A program made the translations under genes and the position numbers. Below the pieces are notes generated by a model. It ran no database searches. It saw only the letters and a program-made list of their open reading frames with translations, and was not told the origin of the DNA. A DNA stretch of 64,000 nucleotides from an uncultured Gemmatimonadales bacterium (lineage in GTDB: Bacteria; Gemmatimonadota; Gemmatimonadetes; Longimicrobiales; RSA9). This document shows positions 48,880 to 58,891 of the stretch, piece by piece; within the stretch, counting starts at the first letter, position 1; each line of letters starts with the position of its first letter. The stretch lies in contig OY970192.1 in assembly GCA_963708135.1 (NCBI GenBank), forward strand, positions 2,592,001 to 2,656,000. Reading direction: 5' to 3'.

Positions 48880-50469
48880 TCAGAGCGGGATGCCGTACTC
48901 CTTGATCTTGCGATAGAGCGTTCGCTCGCCGATGCCGAGCATCTCGGCGGCGCGGCGACGGTTGCCGTGGACCTCCTTCAGCACGGCGATGATCGCCTCG
49001 CGCTCCATGTCCTGCATGGACATGCCCGGGCGGAAGACGACGACGCCCTCATCCTCCCTGTCCTCTCCACTTCCGCTTTCCGCCTCATCGTGAACGACCG
49101 CGTCCTCGATCGAGCCGGCGGATCGGTGGCGTGCCCCCTCCGCGACGAACGGGTAGGAATAGGCGGGGAGCGCCAGGGGCGGCCGCCCGGCCTCCTGCCT
49201 GTGTCGGAACTCGTCGAACTGGCGGCGCAGCTCCTCCATGTCGATGCGCATCTGGAGCATCGTGTGGAAGATGAACTCGAGCTCCGGGGCCGTGCCCTCG
49301 CCGGTGGTTACGGGCGGGGTGGGGACGTGGACCGGGAGGAGTCTGCTGGCCCGGCCGTCACGGATGGCGAGCGGGATGTCGCTCGGCTCGACCGTCCGGC
49401 CGGGGGAGAGGACGACCATCGACTCGACGAGATTGCGCAGCTCGCGGACGTTTCCGGGCCAGTCGTAACGCATGAGGATGTCGAGGGCCGCCGGAGAGAT
49501 CGAGACCTGTGGCCGGTCGTGCTCCGCGCTGGCGGAACGGATGAAGCGCTGGATGAGGATCGGGATGTCGTGCACGCGGTCGCGCAGTGGCGGCATGTGG
49601 ATGGAGAGCACGTTCAGGCGATAGTAGAGGTCGCGCCGGAAGCTGCCGCGCTCGACGAGGTGACGCAGGTCCTGGTTGGTGGCCGCGATGACGCGGACGT
49701 CAACGCTGATGGACTCCTCGCCGCCGACGCGCATGAACTCGCGCTCTTCCAGGACGCGTAGCAGCTTGCTCTGAGTGGCGGCCGGCATCTCCCCGATCTC
49801 GTCGAGGAAGAGCGTGCCCCTGTGGGCGAGCTCGAAGAAGCCCTTGCGCTGCGCCACGGCGCCCGTGAAGGACCCCTTCTCGTGACCGAACAGCTCCGAC
49901 TCCAGCAGCGTATCGGGGAACGCGGCCACGTTGGCGGCAATGAAGCGCTGGTGCCGGCGCGGCGAGAGCGCGTGGATGCCGCGGGCGACGAGCTCCTTTC
50001 CGGTGCCGCTCTCGCCGGTGATCAGCACGGTCGCGGCGACCGGGGCGATCTGGACGACCCGCTCGACGACTTCTCGCATGGCCTCCGTGTCGCCGACGAT
50101 CCCGGTGATGGCGCGGAAGCGGGCGCGATCGATGAGTCGGCGGCCCACGAGCACGGCCTCCTGGATGTCGATCGGCTTCGCGAGCACCTCGCCAATGCCG
50201 AGGCGGTGCGCCGCCTCCGGGGTGGCCTCGAGCGGGTCGGAGGCGAGGGCGAGCACGGGCACATCGCGCTCGCCGGCCGCGGCCACGAGGGCACGCGAGC
50301 GCCGATCGTGCACTCCGCCGGTGAGGACGAGCAGCACTGGCTCCGCCACGTCGGCTACCGTCTCGTGGGTCGTGAGCAGCTCCACCCGCAGCCCACCTTC
50401 CTGGAAGGCGTCGCGCAACCGCACGGCCGGTTCCAGGTCGGTCGTGGTCACGATGACGGTCTCAGGCAT
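48880..50469 (-). CDS. Sigma-54-dependent enhancer-binding protein with degenerate receiver
   Basis: GESGTGKE, ESELFGHEKGSFTGA, WPGNVRELRN and Fis HTH (GNRRRAAEMLGIGERTLYRK). The N-terminal REC-like region lacks the acidic pocket. Confidence 0.92.
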   Translation of the reverse strand: MPETVIVTTTDLEPAVRLRDAFQEGGLRVELLTTHETVADVAEPVLLVLTGGVHDRRSRALVAAAGERDVPVLALASDPLEATPEAAHRLGIGEVLAKPIDIQEAVLVGRRLIDRARFRAITGIVGDTEAMREVVERVVQIAPVAATVLITGESGTGKELVARGIHALSPRRHQRFIAANVAAFPDTLLESELFGHEKGSFTGAVAQRKGFFELAHRGTLFLDEIGEMPAATQSKLLRVLEEREFMRVGGEESISVDVRVIAATNQDLRHLVERGSFRRDLYYRLNVLSIHMPPLRDRVHDIPILIQRFIRSASAEHDRPQVSISPAALDILMRYDWPGNVRELRNLVESMVVLSPGRTVEPSDIPLAIRDGRASRLLPVHVPTPPVTTGEGTAPELEFIFHTMLQMRIDMEELRRQFDEFRHRQEAGRPPLALPAYSYPFVAEGARHRSAGSIEDAVVHDEAESGSGEDREDEGVVVFRPGMSMQDMEREAIIAVLKEVHGNRRRAAEMLGIGERTLYRKIKEYGIPL

Positions 50470-50968
50470 TCGGCTCGGTGTGGCGCTCGGTTTCGATGCC
50501 GCGCAGCAGCTGGACGGCGTGCTCCAGGAGCGGGTCGAGCACGGAGAGGGCATCGCGCACGCCGCCGGCGCTGCCAGGCAGGTTCACGATGAGGGTCCGG
50601 CCGCGCAGCCCGGCGAGTCCCCGCGAGAGCGCGGCGTAGGGCGTCCCCGCGCGGCCATCCGCGCGGATGGCTTCCGCGATGCCGGGAGCCTCCCGCTCGA
50701 GAACGGCGCGCGTGGCTTCCGGCGTGACATCGCGGGTGGTGAAGCCGGTGCCTCCCGTGGTGAGGACGACGTCAACCTCGCCGTGGTCGGCCCAGGCGGC
50801 CAGCGTCGCCACGATGGCGCCGACCTGGTCGGGCACGACGGCCCGCTCCGCGACGCGGAGCTGCCGCCGCTCCGCCCAGCGGAGGAGCGCCTCGCCGCTA
50901 CGGTCCTCGCGCGCCCCGGCCGCCACGCCATCGGAGACGGTCAGGATGCCCATGCGAATCGGTTGCAC
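50462..50968 (-). CDS. mog: MogA/MoaB molybdenum cofactor biosynthesis protein
   Basis: LTVSD, REDRSG, TTGGTGFTTRDVTPEAT, SRG and NLPGS motifs. Confidence 0.92.
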   Translation of the reverse strand: MQPIRMGILTVSDGVAAGAREDRSGEALLRWAERRQLRVAERAVVPDQVGAIVATLAAWADHGEVDVVLTTGGTGFTTRDVTPEATRAVLEREAPGIAEAIRADGRAGTPYAALSRGLAGLRGRTLIVNLPGSAGGVRDALSVLDPLLEHAVQLLRGIETERHTEPNA

Positions 50969-50983
50969 GTCGGCTGACCCCCT

Positions 50984-52090
50984 TCAGCGCCGGACGGAGC
51001 CCCTGGTGTAGAAGGGCTTCTTCACGACCTCGGCGGGCATGGCGCGATCGCGGACGACCACCTCGATGGGCGTGCCGACGGCGGCCGCGGCGGCCGGGAC
51101 GTACCCCATCCCGACCCCCTTCTCGAGCGAGGGGCTGTAAAGGCCGCTCGTCACGGTGCCGGCCGACTCGCCGTCCCAGCGGATCTCGTAGCCGTGACGG
51201 GGGAAGCCGCGGTCGTGGAGCACGAAGCCGACCAGCTTCTCGGCCACGCCGCTCTCCTTCTGCGCGCGCAGCGCGGAGGCACCGAGGAAGTTCCCCTTGC
51301 CGAGCTTCGTCACCCATCCGAGCCCCGCCTCCAGCGGGGTGTGCTTGGTGTCCAGATCGTTGCCGTAGAGGATGAGCCCCGCCTCCAGGCGGAGCGAGTC
51401 CCGGGCGCCGAGCCCGACCGGGATCACGCCAGCGGCGGCGCCGGCCTCGAGGATCCGGCGCCAGAGCGGCACGGCATCGTCGGTGTCGATGTAGAGCTCG
51501 AAGCCATCCTCTCCGGTGTAGCCCGTGCGCGAGATCACGGCCGGGCGGCCGGCCACCTTCCCCTGCACGAAGTGGTAGTAGGCGAGGTCGTCGAGATCGA
51601 CATCGACCAGGTGGTCCAGGACGCCGGGGGCGGCCGGGCCCTGGAGGGCGAGGAGCGCGGTCTCGTCGGAGCGATCGGTAAGGGTCGCGCCCTTCGCCTC
51701 GGCGAACCCGGCGATCCAGTCACGGTCGGTGTCCCGGTTCGAGGCGTTGACCACGACCATGTAATGGTCGGGGAAGCGATAGACGAGGCAGTCGTCGAGG
51801 GCGGTGCCGTCCTCCTGGCAGATGACCGAGTACTGCGCCTGCCCGACCTCGAGCGTCGATGCGTCGTTGGTGGTGACGTACTGCACGAGGTCGAGCGCGC
51901 CCTCGCCACGGACCTCCAGCTCCCCCATATGGGAGACGTCGAAGAGCCCTGCGCGCTGCCGCACGGCCGTGTGCTCGGCCACGATCCCGGTGGGGTACTG
52001 CACGGGCATCTCGTAGCCCGCGAAGGGAATCATCCTGCCACCCAGCTCCTGGTGCTCCTCGTAGAGCGGAGTCCGCTTCTCAGCCGCCAT
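50984..52090 (-). CDS. gcvT: Glycine cleavage system T protein
   Basis: FAGYEMPVQY, FDVSHMG, SRTGYTGEDGFE and GLGARDSLRLEAG motifs. Confidence 0.96.
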   Translation of the reverse strand: MAAEKRTPLYEEHQELGGRMIPFAGYEMPVQYPTGIVAEHTAVRQRAGLFDVSHMGELEVRGEGALDLVQYVTTNDASTLEVGQAQYSVICQEDGTALDDCLVYRFPDHYMVVVNASNRDTDRDWIAGFAEAKGATLTDRSDETALLALQGPAAPGVLDHLVDVDLDDLAYYHFVQGKVAGRPAVISRTGYTGEDGFELYIDTDDAVPLWRRILEAGAAAGVIPVGLGARDSLRLEAGLILYGNDLDTKHTPLEAGLGWVTKLGKGNFLGASALRAQKESGVAEKLVGFVLHDRGFPRHGYEIRWDGESAGTVTSGLYSPSLEKGVGMGYVPAAAAAVGTPIEVVVRDRAMPAEVVKKPFYTRGSVRR

Positions 52091-52104
52091 GGTTCCGTCC
52101 TCTC

Positions 52105-53025
52105 TCAGTGTGCCATCAGCTCGACGAGGATCGCCTTCTGCGCGTGCAGCCGGTTCTCCGCCTCCTGAAAGACGCGCGAGCGTGGCCCCTCGATCACTTC
52201 CGCCGCCACCTCCTCACCGCGGTGGGCCGGCAGGCAGTGCAGGAAGATCGCGCGCGCATCGGCGCGCTCCATCAGCATCTCGTCGATGTGGAAACCGCGG
52301 AAGGCGCGCCGGCGCTCCTCCGCCTCCTGCTCCTGCCCCATCGAAGCCCAGACATCCGTGTTGACGACCTCGGCGTGCTCGACGGCTTCGCGGGGGTCGC
52401 GGGTGAGGAGCACCCGCGCCGCCCCCTGCGCACGCTCGAGGATGTCGGGATCCGGGTCGTAGCCTTCGGGGCAGGCCAGGCGGAGCTCGAAGCCGAAGCG
52501 GAACGCGGCGTTGAGCCAGGAGTTGGCCATGTTGTTCCCGTCGCCTACCCAGGCGACGCGCCGGGGCCGGAGATCCTCGCCGAGCTCCTCCTGCACGGTG
52601 AGCACGTCGGCCATCACCTGGCAGGGGTGCAGCAGGTCCGTCAGCCCGTTCACGACCGGGACGGACGCGTAGCGGGCGAGCCGCTCGACGCCCTCGTGGG
52701 AAAAGGTGCGGATCATGATGGCGTCGAGGTAGCGCGAGAGCACGCGTGCGGTGTCCTCGATCGGCTCGCCGCGGCCGAGCTGGATGTCGCGCGAGGAGAG
52801 GAAGAGCGCGTGGCCGCCGAGCTGGTAGGTGCCCACCTCGAAGGAGACGCGCGTGCGCGTGGAGCTCTTCTCGAAGATCATCCCGAGCGTGCGGCCGGCG
52901 AGGGGCATCCCGCGCTCCTTGCCGCTCTTCATGCGGCGGGCGCGGGCGAGGAGAGTGTACAGCTCCTCGGTCGTGAAGTCGGGGATCTGGAGGAAGTCGC
53001 GCTTTTCGGGCATCGGCGTGGTCAC
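52105..53025 (-). CDS. argF: Ornithine carbamoyltransferase
   Basis: STRTR, HPCQ, DVWASMG, HCLP and AENRLH motifs. Confidence 0.96.
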   Translation of the reverse strand: MTTPMPEKRDFLQIPDFTTEELYTLLARARRMKSGKERGMPLAGRTLGMIFEKSSTRTRVSFEVGTYQLGGHALFLSSRDIQLGRGEPIEDTARVLSRYLDAIMIRTFSHEGVERLARYASVPVVNGLTDLLHPCQVMADVLTVQEELGEDLRPRRVAWVGDGNNMANSWLNAAFRFGFELRLACPEGYDPDPDILERAQGAARVLLTRDPREAVEHAEVVNTDVWASMGQEQEAEERRRAFRGFHIDEMLMERADARAIFLHCLPAHRGEEVAAEVIEGPRSRVFQEAENRLHAQKAILVELMAH

Positions 53026-53027
53026 GG

Positions 53028-54572
53028 TCAGAGGATGTAGCGGCGCAGGTCCTCGTCATCGGCAATGCGCTGCAGCCGGTCGCGGACGGTGGCGGCATCG
53101 ATCTGGATGGCGGCGCCGCCGGACTCGGGGAGATCGAAGAGGATCTGGTCGAGCAGCGTGGTCAGCACGGTGTGGAGGCGCCGGGCGCCGATGTTCTCGG
53201 TGCGGTCGTTGACCTGTGCGGCGATGCGCGCGATCTCGCGCACGCCCTCGTCGTCGAAGCCGAGCTGGACCCCCTCGGAGGCGACGAGGGCCTCGTACTG
53301 GCGCAGCAGGGCGTTCTTCGGCTCCTGGAGGATGCGGACGAAATCCGTCTCGGTGAGCGCCTGGAGCTCGACGCGGATCGGGAAGCGGCCCTGGAGCTCC
53401 GGGATCAGGTCGCTGGGCTTGGCCACGTGGAAGGCGCCGGCCGCCACGAAGAGGACGTGGTCCGTGCGGATCATGCCGTACTTGGTCTGCACGGTGCTGC
53501 CTTCGACGATCGGGAGCAGGTCGCGCTGGACGCCCTCCCGGCTGACATCCGGTCCGGCGCCGCCGCGCTCCCCGGCGATCTTGTCGATCTCGTCCAGGAA
53601 GATGATGCCTGTGTTCTCGGTGCGATCCAGCGCCTCGTTCACGACCTCGTCCATGTCGACCAGCTTGTCCAGCTCATCCTGCACCAGGATGCGGCGCGCC
53701 TCGGTGATGCTCACGGTGCGCCGCCGGGTCTTCTTCGGCAACATGTCCTGGAGCATCTCCGTGAAGTTCATGTCCATCCCGTCCATGCCACCCATCGGGA
53801 GCATCATGTTCTCGACGTTGGGCGTCTGGGAGACCTCCACGTCAACCGTGCGCTCCTCCAGCTTCCCATCCCGGAGCAGGGTGCGCAGCTTCTCGCGCGT
53901 GCGCTCGCGACGCTCCTGGATCCGGTGTCGCTCATCCTCCTCATCGAGGGCGACCTCTGGCGGCTCCCGCTCCTCCGCGTCGCCGTGAGGGGATACGATG
54001 AAGGCGCGCCGGGAGCGCGGCTCGGAGGGCTCGGCCTGCGCGCCGCCCTCGGGGACGGGGGGCAGAAGCAGGTCCAACAGCCGGTCCTCGACGCGCTGCT
54101 CCGCGAGCTGCTCGACCTCGTCCTCGCGCTCGTCGCGCACCATGTTCACGGCCACGTCCACCAGGTCGCGGACCATGGACTCGACGTCGCGGCCGACGTA
54201 GCCGACCTCGGTGAACTTCGAGGCCTCCACCTTCACGAAAGGCGCACCCGCCAGCCGCGCGAGGCGCCTTGCGATCTCCGTCTTCCCCACGCCCGTGGGA
54301 CCGATGAGGATGATGTTGTTCGGCATGATCTCCTCGCGGAGATCATCCTCGACACGCTGGCGCCTCCAGCGGTTGCGCAGCGCGATGGCCACGGCCCGCT
54401 TGGCCTTGTCCTGTCCCACGATGTACTTGTCGAGCTCCGCCACGATCTGCCGTGGCGTCAGCTGGTCCAGCCATTCGGACGCCTCGGGCGTCGCCTCCGG
54501 CGCGCCCGGCTCCGTCCCCGCTGCCCGCATTTCGGTCCCTTCGTCCGTATCCATGGTAGGCGCGCGGCTCAC
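53028..54572 (-). CDS. hslU: HslU ATPase
   Basis: [31 protein letters not shown] and ENIGARRL motifs; C-terminal RYIL. Confidence 0.97.
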   Translation of the reverse strand: MSRAPTMDTDEGTEMRAAGTEPGAPEATPEASEWLDQLTPRQIVAELDKYIVGQDKAKRAVAIALRNRWRRQRVEDDLREEIMPNNIILIGPTGVGKTEIARRLARLAGAPFVKVEASKFTEVGYVGRDVESMVRDLVDVAVNMVRDEREDEVEQLAEQRVEDRLLDLLLPPVPEGGAQAEPSEPRSRRAFIVSPHGDAEEREPPEVALDEEDERHRIQERRERTREKLRTLLRDGKLEERTVDVEVSQTPNVENMMLPMGGMDGMDMNFTEMLQDMLPKKTRRRTVSITEARRILVQDELDKLVDMDEVVNEALDRTENTGIIFLDEIDKIAGERGGAGPDVSREGVQRDLLPIVEGSTVQTKYGMIRTDHVLFVAAGAFHVAKPSDLIPELQGRFPIRVELQALTETDFVRILQEPKNALLRQYEALVASEGVQLGFDDEGVREIARIAAQVNDRTENIGARRLHTVLTTLLDQILFDLPESGGAAIQIDAATVRDRLQRIADDEDLRRYIL

Positions 54573-55108
54573 GGCTCGAGCTCGAGCACCGTCACGTTCT
54601 CGTTCGTGTAGATGCAGATCGCGGCCGCGATCCGGAGCCCCGTGCGCACGATCTCGGCGGCGCTGAGGTCCGAGTGCTCCTTCAGCGCCCGTGCCGCGGC
54701 CAGGGCGTAGCCGCCGCCGCTGCCGATGGTCACGATCTCGTCATCGGGTTCGATGACGTTCCCGTCCCCGCTGATGAGGAAGAGGCGCTCGCGGTCGGCG
54801 ACCGCCAGCAGCGCCTCGAGGCGCCGCAGAAACCGGTCCGTCCGCCAGTCCTTGGCGAGCTCGACACAGGCGCGGGCGAGGTTGCCCGGGTAGCGCTCGA
54901 GCTTCTCCTCGAACTTCTCGAAGAGCGTGAGCCCATCGGCCACCGAGCCGGCAAAGCCCGCCAGGATGCGGCCGTCGGCGAGCTTGCGGACCTTGCTGGC
55001 GGAGGCCTTCATGACGGTGTCGCCCATGGTGACCTGGCCATCGCCGCCGAGGGCCACGCGGCCGCGGTGGCGAACGGCGACGATCGTCGTGCCGTGGAAT
55101 TCCGGCAT
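54569..55108 (-). CDS. hslV: HslV protease
   Basis: HGTTI, GDGQVT, AGSVAD, WRTDR.LRRLEA, IGSGG and CIYTN motifs. Confidence 0.97.
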   Translation of the reverse strand: MPEFHGTTIVAVRHRGRVALGGDGQVTMGDTVMKASASKVRKLADGRILAGFAGSVADGLTLFEKFEEKLERYPGNLARACVELAKDWRTDRFLRRLEALLAVADRERLFLISGDGNVIEPDDEIVTIGSGGGYALAAARALKEHSDLSAAEIVRTGLRIAAAICIYTNENVTVLELEP

Positions 55109-55293
55109 TGCCTCCTCCTTCGCGTCCTGGATGGCTGACCGCCCCGGGAATCTGGGGCCTCCACCGATTGTTCGCTACCGGGCGAGGTTCTTCGAGGGGC
55201 GCGTCGGGGATTGAGGCCGCACGCGGGTGTCCACGTCACGCCGGGAGCTTCCGGGCCGATCCGGACCCGAACGCCAGCGTTGTGGCAACGGGA

Positions 55294-58200
55294 TCAGCGG
55301 GCGGCGAGGGTCTGGAGCTTTCGGGCCACGGCGTCGACGATCGGGCGGTGCTCGGGGTCGCAGTCGTGCCACAGGGCCAGGAAGGCCCGGTAGTGCTCGG
55401 CGGCGGCGGCGCGGCGGCCGCGGCGCAGGTCGAGATCGGCCAGACGCAGGTGGGCGGGCGCGAGGTAGACCAGGTCGGGGATCGAGAGCTCCCCGAGCGA
55501 TGCGAACCAGCTCGCCGCCCCCTCGAGGTCCCCGGCCGACCTCAACGCGATGGCGTGGGCGTAGCGGGCGGCCGGGAGCGAAAAGAAGGGAGAGAGCACG
55601 GCCTCCTCGGGGGAGACGTCGGGAAAGCCGCTGGGCACGGGGTCAACGGTCGCGGTGCGGCCACGGGCGGCGCCGCGCAGGAGATTGCCGTAGACGCCGC
55701 CGAGCTCGGGACGCCGCGGGTGCGTGGTCGCGGCATCGAGCGCCGCCGTGACGGGCGCGGTGCCGATCAGCCCGGCGTACGGCGTGGTTGGCGTCGGCAC
55801 GCGGGAGCGCGCCTCGAGCGTATCGAGCGCGAGGGCCACGGCGGCGCCATCGCCGGCGCGTGCGGCCAGGCCACCCTCGAGGTACGGCTCGGTGAGCGAG
55901 GAGATCCGGGCATCGACGTCCGCCCACGACCACCCGCCCACGGGGGCACCGGCCGACAGTTGCGGCCCGGCCGCCGCGAGCCGGTCCCGGACTGCGGCAA
56001 CCTCGTCGCTACCGCCACCGAACCAGGGCACCAGGGCGAGCAGGGCCCGGTACTGCTCGGCGCGCGCCGGCTCGGCGCGCGCGGCCTGGTCGAGCAGGAC
56101 CCGCGCGCTCCGCCAGCGGCCGCGGGCCATCTCGAGCTGGGCGCGGAGGATCTGCTCGAAGGCGCGCATGGCGGGGGAGTCGGCCTCGCGGTCCAGGAGG
56201 GCGAGCGCGCGCTCGGCGCCGACGGGATCGTGCAGGAACACGCCCAACGTGTAGGCACTGCTCACGATGGTCAGGTCGTCCTGCCCGTGGAGATCGCTCG
56301 CGAGGAAGGCGGAGTCGACCGCGCCGCCCCAGCCCGCGGCGCGCCGGATCAGGCGGAGCTGCGGCGCGCGATGCGCCGCCGGGTTGAGGGCGAGCGCGCC
56401 CTCGGCAAGCTTTGCCGCGGCGCGCAGGTCGCCCCGCATGGCGGCGAGCTGGGCAAGGTGGTAGGTGGCCTCGCTGGCGCCGGGATCGAGCTCACGCACG
56501 TGCTCGAACGCATCCCTTGCCTCCGCGATCGGCCGCCCCCGCAGCGGGTTCAGGTGGAAGAGGGCCTCCCCGAGCTGGGCCCAGACCTCGGCATCGTTCG
56601 GATGGTGGAAGACCAGCTCGCGAGTGATCCGCTCGGCCGTCGCGGCATCCCCGATGCGATAGGCGATCCGGGCCAGGAGGAGGTCGCGCTCCCGCTCCGG
56701 AAGGCGGTCCATGTGGCGCGCGGCCCGGGCGGCGGCATCATCCGCGATCGAAGCCTGAAAGGCGGCGCTCGCGGCCACGCTGAGGCCGTAGTAGGCGAGT
56801 GCGAAGGTGGAATCTTCGCGCACGGCGACCTGGAACGCGTCGATGGCCGCAGCGACCTCGCCCCGCCGTAGCTTCTGCTCGCCGTCCAGGTACGCCTTCA
56901 TGGCGGGGAGCGAGGAGGTGTTCGCCGAGGCGATGCGCGCCAGATGCGAGCCGGGAGAATTCTCCGGCCCCGCCGCCAGCTCCATCACGAGTCGGTCGGC
57001 CAGAGCGAGCGCCTCATCCCGACTCCCCTCCGCGTCCGCACGGACGAGCGGGGTTCCCGCCTGGTCGGCGCGAAAGACCCAGGCGGTCACCCGCAGGCGG
57101 TCGCCGACCGCGACCACGTCGCCGCCCACGACGAACCCGGCGTGGAAACGGCGCGCGAGGCTCGAGCGCTCCCCCGGGGTGCTCGGGGTGGAGCCGATCC
57201 TGTGCAGGTAGGAGAGCACGGCGGGCGCCGGCACGCTGACGAGGTCCCCCGCCCCATCGAGCCCGCTGCTGAGCAGGTCCACCAGCCCCTCGGCGAGGAA
57301 CTGCTGGTCGGGGCCGCCTCGGACCGTGAAGGGGAGGACAAGGACGCGGTGGCCGGCGTCGGGCGCGCCGCCGGCCATGGTCCATCGGACGAGCAGCGGC
57401 CCGGCCGAGGCACCGATGGCGAGCAGCACCATGCTCTGGGCGAGGAGGCGCAGCCGGCGAAGGCGCGGACGGCGCCAGCCCGCCGCTTCATCCGCCCCCG
57501 GCGTCCCGGCGTCCGGCGCCGCGGCGAGGGCCTCCGGCGCCGCGGCGGGAACCTCGGGCGCCGCTTCGGGCAGGGCCAGCGCGGACTCGCCCGCGGCGGC
57601 GGCCGCGGCCGCACGCGGCGTCGCCCGGCGGCGGGGGGCGAGGTCGATGCCCACCGGGGCCGAGTCCGGCTCCGCGGCGTTGACCGCGACGCCCCGGGCG
57701 TGTGCGCGGTCGCGGAGCGATTCCAGGAGCGCGCGCGTTTCCGGCGCCGGAGCCAGGTCGTACTCGGCCCGCAGCCGCTCCGCGAAATCCTCGTAGGCGA
57801 CGACGGCCGCCGCACGGTCGCCCTGCCGGTCCAGCACCTTCATGAGCCGCTGGACCGTGCTGTCCTCGAGCGGGTTCAGCCGCACGGCGCGACGCGCCCA
57901 TTCGGCGGCCTCGGCCCCGCTTCCCGCCCGCTCGCAGCGTTCGACCATCTGCCAGGCGGCCGCGCTGGTCCGCTCCGTCACCTCCCGCCGGATCTCCGAG
58001 ATCCACATCTCGAAATCCTGCGAGATGCCGTCCACGTGGAAGCCCTCGAGGAATTGACCGCGACGCAGCGTCACCGCCTCGGCCGGCCTCCCCTCCTCTG
58101 TCGCCTGGCGGAGCGCCGGGACATCGCACCAGAGCCCGCCGACTCCGACCTCCGCGTCCCCGTGCGACACGATGACGTCGGGCCCGAGCTGGCTCCGCAG

Positions 58201-58419
58201 GTAATAGAGGGTCTGCCGGAGCGCGTGGCGCGCCCGCTCGTCGTCGAGCTCGGGCCAGAGCAGGGCGACGAGGTGGTCCCGGCGCTGCAGGCCCACGTCC
58301 TGGTTCACCGCCAGATAGACGAGCAGCGCCAGCCGTTTCCGCTGCGCGAGCACGGACCGGAGCGTCTGACCGTTCGGAGACAGGAGCTCGATGGCGCCGA
58401 GCGTGTGGAGCTTGAACAT
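55294..58419 (-). CDS. Membrane-spanning SARP-family (wHTH+BTAD) transcriptional regulator with C-terminal TolB-N-like and TPR domains
   Basis: FKLHTLG...ALLVYL...RRDHLVALLWPE...ARHALRQTLY and BTAD features (CDV, G.FLEG, FE.W, PLED, P.PET). One TM after an Arg cluster, then a VLVLPF domain and TPR-like repeats. Confidence 0.88.
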   Translation of the reverse strand: MFKLHTLGAIELLSPNGQTLRSVLAQRKRLALLVYLAVNQDVGLQRRDHLVALLWPELDDERARHALRQTLYYLRSQLGPDVIVSHGDAEVGVGGLWCDVPALRQATEEGRPAEAVTLRRGQFLEGFHVDGISQDFEMWISEIRREVTERTSAAAWQMVERCERAGSGAEAAEWARRAVRLNPLEDSTVQRLMKVLDRQGDRAAAVVAYEDFAERLRAEYDLAPAPETRALLESLRDRAHARGVAVNAAEPDSAPVGIDLAPRRRATPRAAAAAAAGESALALPEAAPEVPAAAPEALAAAPDAGTPGADEAAGWRRPRLRRLRLLAQSMVLLAIGASAGPLLVRWTMAGGAPDAGHRVLVLPFTVRGGPDQQFLAEGLVDLLSSGLDGAGDLVSVPAPAVLSYLHRIGSTPSTPGERSSLARRFHAGFVVGGDVVAVGDRLRVTAWVFRADQAGTPLVRADAEGSRDEALALADRLVMELAAGPENSPGSHLARIASANTSSLPAMKAYLDGEQKLRRGEVAAAIDAFQVAVREDSTFALAYYGLSVAASAAFQASIADDAAARAARHMDRLPERERDLLLARIAYRIGDAATAERITRELVFHHPNDAEVWAQLGEALFHLNPLRGRPIAEARDAFEHVRELDPGASEATYHLAQLAAMRGDLRAAAKLAEGALALNPAAHRAPQLRLIRRAAGWGGAVDSAFLASDLHGQDDLTIVSSAYTLGVFLHDPVGAERALALLDREADSPAMRAFEQILRAQLEMARGRWRSARVLLDQAARAEPARAEQYRALLALVPWFGGGSDEVAAVRDRLAAAGPQLSAGAPVGGWSWADVDARISSLTEPYLEGGLAARAGDGAAVALALDTLEARSRVPTPTTPYAGLIGTAPVTAALDAATTHPRRPELGGVYGNLLRGAARGRTATVDPVPSGFPDVSPEEAVLSPFFSLPAARYAHAIALRSAGDLEGAASWFASLGELSIPDLVYLAPAHLRLADLDLRRGRRAAAAEHYRAFLALWHDCDPEHRPIVDAVARKLQTLAAR

Positions 58420-58684
58420 CCGTTCGTGGCCCTGGGATGGGACCGGGCGGCTCACGGACCGCGTGCCGCGCCGACTGGACAGCCGAACCCAGATTGAAAC
58501 TGGAGTGCAAGTGACGGAAACTCAAGGCTTCTCGGGGACAAGTGACGGCTGCGGGACGGTGCGGCCAGGGGAGGGCTCGGTCGGAAGGGGGAGAAAAAAG
58601 TTCGCGCGCCGGGAACAATTCGCGGTGCTGGAGAGGAGGCAGAGCAGGTGCGGCCGAGTGGTCGCGGAGCGCATATCACGGGGC

Positions 58685-58711
58685 GCAATCCGTTGACAGT
58701 AAACGCATTGC
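58685..58711. promoter_or_regulatory. AT-rich imperfect palindrome in the divergent intergenic region
   Basis: GCAATCCGTTGAC-A-GTAAACGCATTGC; 11 of 13 positions pair; contains TTGACA. Confidence 0.45.
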
Positions 58712-58891
58712 AGGCACTCTGGCCGCGGGGAAGCTTGCCGGGTGACGGGGTGGGGTACGGCTCTTGTAGGCGCAGCGCGTGACATCCGGCGCCCGGGCGG
58801 TAGCTCCCCGGGCGCCCCGATCCGCTCAAAAAGCGGTGGCGGCCCGGCAACACCGGAGGCCCGCCACCGTTTCCTTTTTCGGAGGCTCGCC

